DNA from: Candidatus Methylomirabilota bacterium
GTDB lineage: Bacteria; Methylomirabilota; Methylomirabilia; Methylomirabilales; 2-02-FULL-66-22
DNA: 64,000 nucleotides
Direction: 5' to 3'
Assembly: GCA_026387775.1 (NCBI GenBank)
Contig: JAPLLC010000220.1
Location: 1,203 to 65,202, forward strand
Both the position numbers and the translations under genes were made by a program. Below, in pieces: positions 51,762-59,854 of the stretch (positions are counted from its first letter, which is position 1; the number at the start of each line of letters is the position of its first letter). The notes beneath the pieces were generated by a model, which was not told the DNA's origin, made no database searches, and saw nothing but the letters and a program-made list of their open reading frames with translations.

Positions 51762-51786
51762 GACTCGATTTCGTTCAGGCTGCTAG
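51762..51786. repeat. Fragment of the family-A repeat (inner arm only)
   Basis: CGATTTCGTTCAGGCTGCTAG matches CGCTTTCGTTCAGGCTGCT of copy 3. Its CTA is the stop codon of the rhomboid gene (minus strand). Confidence 0.5.
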
Positions 51787-54011
51787 GCGAGGCGTGCGAG
51801 GAGGGCGGCCTCGTACGCCGCGAGGTCGGGGAACGTGGCGAAACCCTTTTGCCCCAGGCATTCCTCGCGGCTTGGATGGGGTGTCGCTCCCGAAGCCTTC
51901 AGCGCCGTCGCCACGAACCGCTGGAAGCCGCGGAGCGGTGACGGCTCGTTCTGAAGCTGCGGAATCGCCAGGTCCTGCGCGGACAGCCGGACGCAGCGAA
52001 CCACCTCGCCGTCCGGCGTCGACTCTGGAGCCATCAGCAAGTCCAGGACCAGATTGTCGCCGACCTGCTCGGTCGAGGCCGGATCCTCGATCCTGGCGGT
52101 GGAGAGGCCGACGATCTGCTGCCACTGCAAGACACCCGCCGTACCCCCGCGCGACTTCAGGCGGAGACCGCGGGCGTCGATCCCCACGGCCTGCATGACG
52201 GTGGGGGCGAGCGTGCGGGCCACCGGCAGGATGACCGTCTCGGGTGGGGACTCCATGGACGGCTCCTCGATCGAGAGCCATCCGTGGCTCGGGTCGGCGG
52301 CGGGCGGCTCGGGGGCAGGCGCCGACGGAGGTGGCGGCTCGGCAAGACCGGGCTCCGCGGCGGACGGCATCTCGATCTGGGCCGTGATCGCGCCCCAGCC
52401 GGTAGCGGGCGGCTCCGGGGAGGCCGACGGGGTCGGCTCCTCCTGCCACGTCGCCTGCGGAGGAGCCTCCTCGGAAGGTGGCGCGTCGAAATGCGCCGTC
52501 TGCTCGAAGCCCTCGATGCTCGGCATCTCCGGGCCGACCGGTTGGGCCGGCGCGGACTCGGGCGCAGGCATCGGGGCGGTCTCGGGCGCCTGCGCCGCCG
52601 CGGGGCGAGCGCGCCGGGCGGCGGCCGTCAGCTCCTGGCTCACCCTCTCGAACTCGGGCGTCACCTTTGGATGCGCCCGGGCCTGCTCCAGTAGTTCCAG
52701 GGCGGCGTCCGGCTCATGGAAGACGTCCAGGATCAGCCGGCCGTAAGAGATCAACGCCTTCGGCCCGAGCGGGTCGTCCGGCCAGGCCTGGATCGCCCGC
52801 TGGTAGAGATCCGCCGCTTCCGCGTATTGCTCTTGCTTCTCGCGATAGGCGGCCAAGGCCAGCAGGCTCCGCATGGACGGGGCCACGTCCGGGTGGGCGC
52901 GCCGATGCTCTTCCAGCGCCGCCAGAGCCCCCTCCATGTCCCGCGCGGCCAGGTACGCGCTGACCAGCCTGCCGGACTCTCGACCGGCCGAGGCGGTGTC
53001 GCCCTTCTGGGCATAGGCGCCGACGAGGGTGGCGCGCGCCTCGATGTTGTTCGGGCTCTTCCTGAGCAGCGCCACCAGGCTATGGATGCTTCCGTCCACG
53101 TCGCCCCCGTCCAGCATCCCCAGGGCGGCGGTCAATTGCTCCGAGGCGCTCCAGCTGGTCTTCTTTGCGACGGCGGGGGCGAGGATCTTCTCCTCGAAAC
53201 GGCTCAGCCAGATGACGAGCGCGATCGCCGCTCCGAAGAGGAAGCCGCCGATGTGCGCCCACACGGCGATGCCGCCCCCCGCACCGGACCTGGCCATGGA
53301 GAACTGCTGGAGCAGCCAGAACGGAAGCGCGACATAGGCCGGCATCGTGAACGTGCCCCGGAAGATGATGAACCAGTAGAAGAATCGAATGCGCGTCGCG
53401 GCCAGGCGGACCAGAAACGCCCCCATCAGACCGGCGATGGCCCCCGAGGCTCCCACCATGGGCACGTGGCTCTGCGGAATCATGGCCCCGTGGATCAGGG
53501 CGGCAACCACCCCGCTCGCCAGGTAGAAGACGAAGAAGCAGACCCGCCCCCAGCGGTCCTCGAGACTCCCGCCGGCCAGCCAGAGGAAGAGCATGTTTCC
53601 CAGCAGGTGCATCCACCCTCCGTGCAGGAACATGCAGGTGAAGAGGGCCAGCAGGCTGGGATCCGCCGGGATGTAGCCGAACCTCCAGTACACGTTTCGT
53701 TTGGCGCTGGCCCGAAACTCCCCCACCATGCCGTCGAGTTTGGTCTGTTCCTCGGCGAGGCCGGTCAGGGAATGGTCGGCCGGCAGGGGCTGCGACGGGA
53801 TGACGTTGCGGAGTTCGCTCGGCAGCTGCAGGTGAGGATGCTCCGAGAAGTATCGAAGGGTCTCCTGGGCGCGGGCGCGCGTCTCGGCCGCTTGTTGCTG
53901 CGCGACCTGGCTGGTGAGGATGAAGACGGCGACGTTGGCGATGACGAGGGCAATGGTAACCCAGGGGAGCCGCTTGACCTGTTGATCCTCGTGGCCGATA
54001 GGAATGATCAT
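51783..54011 (-). CDS. Rhomboid-family intramembrane serine protease fused to TPR repeats, a Pro/Ala/Glu-rich linker and an uncharacterised C-terminal domain
   Basis: The rhomboid core has HGGWMHLLGNMLFLW, the catalytic Ser GASGAIAGLMGAF and the His HIGGFLFG. TPR-like helices follow (EARATLVGAYAQKGD, YAEAADLYQRAIQAWPDDP). A ~130-aa low-complexity PA/PE tract comes next, and then a ~150-190-aa globular tail. Confidence 0.8.
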   Translation of the reverse strand: MIIPIGHEDQQVKRLPWVTIALVIANVAVFILTSQVAQQQAAETRARAQETLRYFSEHPHLQLPSELRNVIPSQPLPADHSLTGLAEEQTKLDGMVGEFRASAKRNVYWRFGYIPADPSLLALFTCMFLHGGWMHLLGNMLFLWLAGGSLEDRWGRVCFFVFYLASGVVAALIHGAMIPQSHVPMVGASGAIAGLMGAFLVRLAATRIRFFYWFIIFRGTFTMPAYVALPFWLLQQFSMARSGAGGGIAVWAHIGGFLFGAAIALVIWLSRFEEKILAPAVAKKTSWSASEQLTAALGMLDGGDVDGSIHSLVALLRKSPNNIEARATLVGAYAQKGDTASAGRESGRLVSAYLAARDMEGALAALEEHRRAHPDVAPSMRSLLALAAYREKQEQYAEAADLYQRAIQAWPDDPLGPKALISYGRLILDVFHEPDAALELLEQARAHPKVTPEFERVSQELTAAARRARPAAAQAPETAPMPAPESAPAQPVGPEMPSIEGFEQTAHFDAPPSEEAPPQATWQEEPTPSASPEPPATGWGAITAQIEMPSAAEPGLAEPPPPSAPAPEPPAADPSHGWLSIEEPSMESPPETVILPVARTLAPTVMQAVGIDARGLRLKSRGGTAGVLQWQQIVGLSTARIEDPASTEQVGDNLVLDLLMAPESTPDGEVVRCVRLSAQDLAIPQLQNEPSPLRGFQRFVATALKASGATPHPSREECLGQKGFATFPDLAAYEAALLARLA

Positions 54012-54229
54012 GGCGAGACACCTCTACGAGTTTCTGCGGGAAACCTTGTTCATCATACCAGGCTTTCGACCCTGGGGCGCTAGACGAAGGCCAAAGGTCT
54101 GTCGGATAGTATCAATGGCGATGGGGCCGGGGGTGATCATAGCCCGGACTGTCCTTTCGTCAAGTGCGATCTGCGATCCCCGTCGGACTTCCTCCGGTCA
54201 CTGCGGAGAATGCCCCGCCGAGAAACGCA

Positions 54230-54259
54230 TTGACAGTCCGTCTCTGCGACGAATAGACT
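54230..54259 (+). promoter_or_regulatory. Candidate promoter TTGACA-N18-TAGACT upstream of substrate-binding gene 1
   Basis: The sequence is ttgacagtccgtctctgcgacgaatagact. The same hexamers with the same spacing recur at 59701-59730 upstream of the paralogue. Confidence 0.4.
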
Positions 54260-54317
54260 CCTTCTTCCGGCGGATTCTTGTTCTCATCCACCCCACAGAC
54301 CGTAAGGAGGAACGGCC

Positions 54318-56390
54318 ATGTCTCGGAAACAGGCGGGCGTGACCCGACGTGAGTTCCTGCGCGATGTGACCCTGGCGACGGGGACCCTCGCCCTGGCGGG
54401 GATCGCGCCGGCCGCCCTGGCGGGCCAGGCGGCCGATCAGAAGATGGGCGCCCAGCTCATCGGAAAGCTGGAGGGCCCCTCCCTCGTCCTCGATCCGGCC
54501 AAGTGGCCCGCGAAGTTCGCCGAGGCCCCGGCCCTGGCCGAGCTGGTGAAGGCCGGCAAGCTCCCGCCGGTCAGGGAGCGGATCCCCGAAGAGCCGATGG
54601 TCGTCAAGCCGCTGCACTCGATCGGGAAGTACGGCGGGACCTGGCGCCGGGCCTTTACCGGGCCGGGGGACGGCGAGAACGGCAACCGCATCGTGGCCAC
54701 GGACAAGATCCTGTTCTGGGACTACACCGGGACCAAGATCATGCCCTGCCTCGCCAGGGATTGGCGCCTCAGCGACGACGGCAAGGTCTGCACCATCTTC
54801 CTCCGGAAGGGCCACAAGTGGTCCGACGGCCATCCGTTCACTGCGGACGACTTCCTCTTCTGGTACGAGGACATCTACCTGGACAAGAATCTCCAGCCGA
54901 CGCCCGATCCATTCTTCATGGTGAACGGCAAGCCGGGCCGCCTCTCCAAGCGCGACGACCACACAGTGGTCTTCGAGTTCCCCGAGCCCAACTTCATGTT
55001 CGTGGACGTCCTGGCGGGCAGCACCACCATGGGCGGCGGGCAGGCGCGCGAGCAGCACATGGGCCGCACCATGGGCGCCTACATGCCGGCCCACTACCTC
55101 AAGCAGTTCCATCCGAAGTACGTCGCGAAGGACGAGCTGGACAGGAAGGTCAAGGCGGCCGGCTTCGACGGCTGGGTGAGCCTGATCAAGAGCAAGTGGG
55201 ACTGGCGGCTCAACACGGAGCTCCCGGTGCTCGGCCCCTGGAAGACCTATTCCCCCATCAACACTCCCGTCTGGGGGCTGGAGCGGAACCCGTACTACTA
55301 TGGCGTGGACAGCGAGGGGAATCAGCTCCCGTACATCGACCGCATCTCCATGGGCCTGGCCGAAAACCTGGAGGTGGTGAACCTGCGCGCCATCGCCGGG
55401 CAGTACGACTTCATGGAGCGACACACCTCGCTCGGCAAGCTGCCCGTTTTCCTCGAGAACCGCAGCAAGGGCAACTACAGCGTCCACCTCGATCCGGCCT
55501 TGAACGGCGGCGACGCCGTGCTCCACACCAACCAGGCCTACGAGGCCGACCCCGAGATCGCCAAGTGGATCCTCACCCGCGATTTCCGCCGCGCCCTCTC
55601 CCTGGGCATCGATCGCGATCAACTCAACGAGACCTTCTGGCTGGGCGTGGGAACGCCCGGCTCCGTGGCCCCATCGGAGAACGCGCCGGAGAACCCCGGA
55701 CCGGAGTGGCGCAAGAAATGGTCGGTGCTCGACGTGAAGCAGGCCAACCAGCTCCTGGATAAGATCGGCCTGAGCAAGAAGGACGGCGAGGGGTACCGTC
55801 TACGGACGGACGGAAAGGGCCGGATGCGGATCGAGCTCCAGACCATCGCGGGGGCCTTCATCAACTTCGCCCAGGTCGCCGAGATGATCAAGGAGCAATG
55901 GAAGAAGATCGGCATCCAGACGGACGTGAAGGATCTGGAGCGGAATCTCTTCTTCACCAAGATCGCCAACAACGAGCATCAGATCGCGATCTTCATCAAC
56001 GACGGTTCCGAACAGATCTACCTGTACCCCCGCTACGCCCTGCCGGTGGATCCTATCCAGTGTCCCTTGGGCCACCCCATCGCCCGCTGGTACGCCAGCG
56101 ACGGCAAGCAGGGCAAGCCGCCCAAGGATCCGGAGCTCCTGAGGGCCCTGGAGCTGTTCAAGTCCGCCCCCGGCAAGAAGGCGGAGGAGCGAAAGAAGAT
56201 CGCCAAGGAGATCTGGAAGATCCTGGTGGACGGACAGTTCAGCATAGGGACGGTCGGCCTCTCCCCGGCAGTCATGGGGGTGCGGATCGTGAGCAATCGC
56301 CTGGGGAACATCCCCGCGCGCCAGGTGAACGCCCAGCACGCCCGGACCCCGTGCAGCTCCCATCCGGCGACGTTCTTCTTCAAGGCGTAG
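54318..56390 (+). CDS. ABC transporter substrate-binding protein, family 5 (peptide/opine/oligosaccharide type), Tat-type signal
   Basis: The twin-arginine leader is MSRKQAGVTRREFLRDVTLATGTLALAG. It has family-5 SBP length (690 aa) and blocks. A TAAGGAGG RBS is present. Confidence 0.85.
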   Translation: MSRKQAGVTRREFLRDVTLATGTLALAGIAPAALAGQAADQKMGAQLIGKLEGPSLVLDPAKWPAKFAEAPALAELVKAGKLPPVRERIPEEPMVVKPLHSIGKYGGTWRRAFTGPGDGENGNRIVATDKILFWDYTGTKIMPCLARDWRLSDDGKVCTIFLRKGHKWSDGHPFTADDFLFWYEDIYLDKNLQPTPDPFFMVNGKPGRLSKRDDHTVVFEFPEPNFMFVDVLAGSTTMGGGQAREQHMGRTMGAYMPAHYLKQFHPKYVAKDELDRKVKAAGFDGWVSLIKSKWDWRLNTELPVLGPWKTYSPINTPVWGLERNPYYYGVDSEGNQLPYIDRISMGLAENLEVVNLRAIAGQYDFMERHTSLGKLPVFLENRSKGNYSVHLDPALNGGDAVLHTNQAYEADPEIAKWILTRDFRRALSLGIDRDQLNETFWLGVGTPGSVAPSENAPENPGPEWRKKWSVLDVKQANQLLDKIGLSKKDGEGYRLRTDGKGRMRIELQTIAGAFINFAQVAEMIKEQWKKIGIQTDVKDLERNLFFTKIANNEHQIAIFINDGSEQIYLYPRYALPVDPIQCPLGHPIARWYASDGKQGKPPKDPELLRALELFKSAPGKKAEERKKIAKEIWKILVDGQFSIGTVGLSPAVMGVRIVSNRLGNIPARQVNAQHARTPCSSHPATFFFKA

Positions 56391-56421
56391 CCGGCCGCCT
56401 CGATTCCGGCTCACCCAAGAC

Positions 56422-56456
56422 ACCCCGGCCCATCGGGCTTCCCGACGGGCCGGGGT
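56422..56456 (+). terminator. GC-rich stem-loop after substrate-binding gene 1
   Basis: ACCCCGGCCC-loop-GGGCCGGGGT. There is no U-tract. Confidence 0.3.
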
Positions 56457-56482
56457 CGGATGCCGATCTGGAACGATGCGAA

Positions 56483-57474
56483 ATGGTGAGACTCCCGACA
56501 CCGACGCAGTCGCGAGCACGAGATCAAGCCGTTGCGGTCGATCTCACCGCCGTGGTGATCGCCGTCACCGACGACGATCCGCGCGTGCTCGTCGTGCGTC
56601 AGGGGGACAGCGCCCGAGGCTCTCTCGGGTGGCCGACGCGGGCCCAATGCTGGCGCGATGCGCTGCCCTCCGGCCCGTTCGAGCCGAGGCATCGCACGCT
56701 CGAGGCCGGCCTCCGCGCCTGGGTCGAGGAGCAGACCCGCGCCAAGCTGGGCTATGTCGAGCAGCTCTATACCTTCGGGGACCGGGACCGGGAACTTCCC
56801 GAAGGTGTCCGTGGCAGGCGCGTGCTTTCGATCGGCTACCTCGCGCTGGTGCGGGACGCACGGCCGCCTGCGGTGAGCGACGCGGTCTGGCAGAACTGGT
56901 ACCGATACTTCCCGTGGGAGGACCGGCGCGTGCTGCGGCCCAGGAGCGTCGGCCAAATTGAGCGCACCTTGCGGCGCTGGGCGCGCGAGGCGGCCAGCCG
57001 CGACGCACGCCGGGCGCGCGAGGTGCGGCTGGCCGTCACCTTCGGGTTCCGCGCCGCCTGGAACGATGAGCGCGTCCTCGATCGGTACGAGCTGCTCTAC
57101 GAAGTCGGCCTCGTTCCCGAGGCTCACCGGGACGGCGCGCGGCCTTGGGCCCTGGCCCGCGACGTTATCGGCGACGCCGAACCCATGATGGCCGACCATC
57201 GGCGCATTCTCGCGACCCCGTCGTGTTCGAGCTCATGCCGCCCGCCTTTACGCTCCTCCAGCTACAGCGCACGGTCGAGGCGCTCGCCGGTCTCCGCCTC
57301 CACAAGCAGAACTTCCGGCGCCTCGTCGCGCAGCAGGGTCTCGTCGAGGAGACCGGCCGGATCGTCACGGGCACCGGCGGTCGGCCCGCCCGCGAGGTTC
57401 GCTTCCGGAACGAGGTGACCCTCGAGCGCCTCGCCCCCGGGCTGCGCCTGCCCACCGCGCGGCGAACCGAATAG
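56483..57474 (+). pseudogene. nrtR: NrtR-family (Nudix-related) NAD regulator, interrupted by a frameshift/internal deletion near 57205
   Basis: Frame 1 (56483-~57210) encodes the Nudix-like domain (LPSGPFEP...LEAGLRAWVEEQTRAKLGYVEQLYTFGDRDRE...SIGYLALV...MMADHRRILAT). Frame 2 (~57207-57474) encodes the NrtR winged helix (PVVFELMPPAFTLLQLQRTVEALAGLRLHKQNFRRLV...GGRPAREVRF). About 12 residues expected between DHxxIL and FTLxxLQ are missing. Confidence 0.6.
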
Positions 57475-57494
57475 CGGCCATTCCGCCGAATCCG

Positions 57495-57522
57495 CTTGAC
57501 AGGCTTATGCTCACATGTAGTA
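57495..57522 (+). promoter_or_regulatory. Candidate promoter of nadA-nadC (TTGACA-16 nt-TAGTAT) in an AT-rich island
   Basis: The sequence is ttgacaggcttatgctcacatgtagtat. Confidence 0.4.
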
Positions 57523-57563
57523 TAAGAGTGTGTCGGGGTGTACGCTTAGTTCTGTCATCATTA

Positions 57564-57580
57564 ATGCTCGTAATGAGCAT
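57564..57580. promoter_or_regulatory. 17-bp palindrome ATGCTC-GTAAT-GAGCAT between promoter and nadA RBS (candidate operator)
   Basis: This perfect 6-bp-arm dyad is read in the sequence. A related half-site, TATGCTCAC, overlaps the promoter spacer at 57504-57512. Confidence 0.35.
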
Positions 57581-57592
57581 AGGAGAAGGGGC

Positions 57593-58621
57593 GTGTCCTC
57601 CCTGTCGGTTGGATCGACCCCGGGGTCCGCCAACGGTCTCGCCGGCGCCCTCGCGCGCACCGCACACCTCTACGAGCGCGTCAAGGCGGTCATCCCGCCG
57701 ATCGAGTGGCCCGTCTTTGCGTCGGACATCGACGCCATCCTGCGTCTCAAGCGGGAACGCAACGCGATCGTCCTGGCGCACAACTACCAGACGCCCGAGA
57801 TTTTCCACTGCGTCGCCGACATCGTCGGCGATTCGCTCGTCCTGGCGCGGGAGGCGGCCCGGGTCGATGCCGCTGTGATCGTGCTGTGCGGCGTGCATTT
57901 CATGGCCGAGACGGCGAAACTGCTCAATCCGGAGAAGACGGTGCTGATCCCCGATCTCGAGGCGGGATGCTCCCTCGCGGCCTCGATCACGGCGGCCGAC
58001 GTGCGGCTCCTGCGCGAGCGCTACCCCGGCGTCCCGGTTGTCGCCTACGTCAATACGTCGGCAGAGGTGAAGGCGGAATCCGATATCTGCTGCACGTCGG
58101 GCAATGCGCGCGCGGTCGTCGAGTCGCTCGGGGTGCCGCGCGTCCTGGTGCTGCCCGACGAGTATCTGGCGAGGAATCTTGCGGTGGAAACCGGGGTCGA
58201 GATCATCCCCTGGCACGGACGCTGCGAGGTCCACGAGCGCTTCACCGCCGCCGAGATCCGCGACGTGCGCGCGGCCCATCCCGGCATCACGGTGCTGGCG
58301 CATCCGGAATGCCCGCCGGAGGTGGTGGCCGAGGCGGACTATGTCGGCTCGACCCAGGCGATGAGCGACTATGTGGGGCGCAGGCGGCCGGCTCGCGTCG
58401 TTCTCCTGACGGAATGCTCGATGAGCGACAATGTGTCGATTCAGCATCCCGAGGTGGCCTTAGTGCGGCCGTGCAACCTCTGCCCTCACATGAAGCGGAT
58501 CACGCTGCCCAAGATCCGCACAGCCCTCGAGACGATGCGCCATGAGGTCACGGTCGACCGCGCCGTGGCCTCGCGCGCGCGCCATGCGGTGGAGCGCATG
58601 CTTGCGGTGAAGCCGCGATGA
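57593..58621 (+). CDS. nadA: Quinolinate synthase
   Basis: Blocks include [66 protein letters not shown] and LLTECSM. GTG 57593 follows AGGAGAAGGGG. Confidence 0.9.
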   Translation: MSSLSVGSTPGSANGLAGALARTAHLYERVKAVIPPIEWPVFASDIDAILRLKRERNAIVLAHNYQTPEIFHCVADIVGDSLVLAREAARVDAAVIVLCGVHFMAETAKLLNPEKTVLIPDLEAGCSLAASITAADVRLLRERYPGVPVVAYVNTSAEVKAESDICCTSGNARAVVESLGVPRVLVLPDEYLARNLAVETGVEIIPWHGRCEVHERFTAAEIRDVRAAHPGITVLAHPECPPEVVAEADYVGSTQAMSDYVGRRRPARVVLLTECSMSDNVSIQHPEVALVRPCNLCPHMKRITLPKIRTALETMRHEVTVDRAVASRARHAVERMLAVKPR

Positions 58622-59493
58622 CGCCTGTTACCGATGCTCCCGCGCCGCTACCGCGCCTGCTCATCGAGCCCGTGGTGCGCGCCGCCCTCGTGGAGGATCT
58701 GGGTCGCGCCGGCGACATCACCACCATGAGCGTTGTGCCGGCGGACGCGCGGGCCGGCGGCGTGATCGCCGCGCGCCAGGCGGGCGTCGTGGCCGGGCTC
58801 GACTGCGGGCTGATCGCCTTCGCGCTGATTGACCCCTCGCTGCGTCTGGAGGTCCATCGGCCGGACGCCAGCCGGATCGCGGCGGGCGAGAGGATCGCCA
58901 CCGTGTCCGGCCTTGCCCGCGGCATCCTCATGGCCGAGCGTGTCGCCCTCAACTTCCTCTGTCACCTCTCCGGGGTGGCGACCGCGACCGCCGACTTGGT
59001 CGAGGCAGTTACGGGGTACCGGGCTCGCATCACCTGCACCCGCAAGACCACGCCGGGCTTGCGTGCGCTCGAGAAACACGCGGTGCGGGCCGGCGGCGGG
59101 ATCAGCCACCGCTTCGGCCTCGACGATGGGGTGCTCATCAAGGACAACCACATCGCCGCCGCGGGCGGCATCCGGCCGGCCATCGAGCGCGCGCGCCGCA
59201 CCATCGGTCACATGGTCAAGATCGAGGTCGAGGTCGAGAGCCTGGTGCAGCTCGCGGAGGCGCTCGCCGCCGGGGTCGACGCGGTCCTGCTCGACAACAT
59301 GGTGCCGGCGATGCTGGCGGAGGCGGTGGCCATGATCGGCGGCCGGGCGATCAGCGAGGCCTCGGGCCGCATCACCCGGGAGACGGTAGCTGCCGTAGCG
59401 GCGACCGGCGTCGACGTGATCTCGATCGGCTGGATCACCCACAGCGCACCCGCCCTCGATCTCGGGCTCGATTGGGAGCCCACCCCGGTGTAA
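58618..59493 (+). CDS. nadC: Nicotinate-nucleotide diphosphorylase (carboxylating)
   Basis: Blocks are [53 protein letters not shown] and VEVEVESL...[10 protein letters not shown]. Its start overlaps the nadA stop. Confidence 0.9.
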   Translation: MTPVTDAPAPLPRLLIEPVVRAALVEDLGRAGDITTMSVVPADARAGGVIAARQAGVVAGLDCGLIAFALIDPSLRLEVHRPDASRIAAGERIATVSGLARGILMAERVALNFLCHLSGVATATADLVEAVTGYRARITCTRKTTPGLRALEKHAVRAGGGISHRFGLDDGVLIKDNHIAAAGGIRPAIERARRTIGHMVKIEVEVESLVQLAEALAAGVDAVLLDNMVPAMLAEAVAMIGGRAISEASGRITRETVAAVAATGVDVISIGWITHSAPALDLGLDWEPTPV

Positions 59494-59700
59494 CGACCGT
59501 GACGCGGTCCTGCGCGGCCCTCCTCCGTCGCCGGCGCCGACCAGCCACTGGCACCCACTCTCCACCCTGGGCCGCAGGGATCGCCATCAGTGCTATTCCA
59601 CTCCGTCAACCTCGATCCTTCCTGGATCTCCTCTCCTGACCGACGCGTCGCCCGGTCCACCCCGCGAGGCAATGACGGTCCGACAAAGACCAGAATGCCG

Positions 59701-59730
59701 TTGACATGACGCGCTCGTCCCAACTAGACT
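59701..59730 (+). promoter_or_regulatory. Candidate promoter TTGACA-N18-TAGACT upstream of substrate-binding gene 2
   Basis: The sequence is ttgacatgacgcgctcgtcccaactagact. This is the same architecture as 54230-54259. Confidence 0.4.
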
Positions 59731-59854
59731 GCCGACACGTTTTCGGATCCCGATCTGCGTCTGGGATTATCGGGCCTTCACTTCAATGAAGTGGGCGAAC
59801 GGGGCTCGTCGCGGAAGGTTTCTGCGCCGGGCCGAGCCTGAGGAGGAACGGACA

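Noticed and set aside
54198-55622. 474-aa minus-strand ORF (and its twin 59783..60964)
   Set aside because: Both are antisense to the two paralogous SBP genes. Their similarity to each other simply mirrors the sense-strand paralogy.
57365-58447. 360-aa minus-strand ORF
   Set aside because: It is antisense to nadA and has no recognisable domain.
59779-59793. 15-bp palindrome CACTTCA-A-TGAAGTG in the 5' UTR of the second SBP gene
   Set aside because: It is a single occurrence, not shared with the paralogous UTR, and short enough to arise by chance. I noted it but did not call it a feature.
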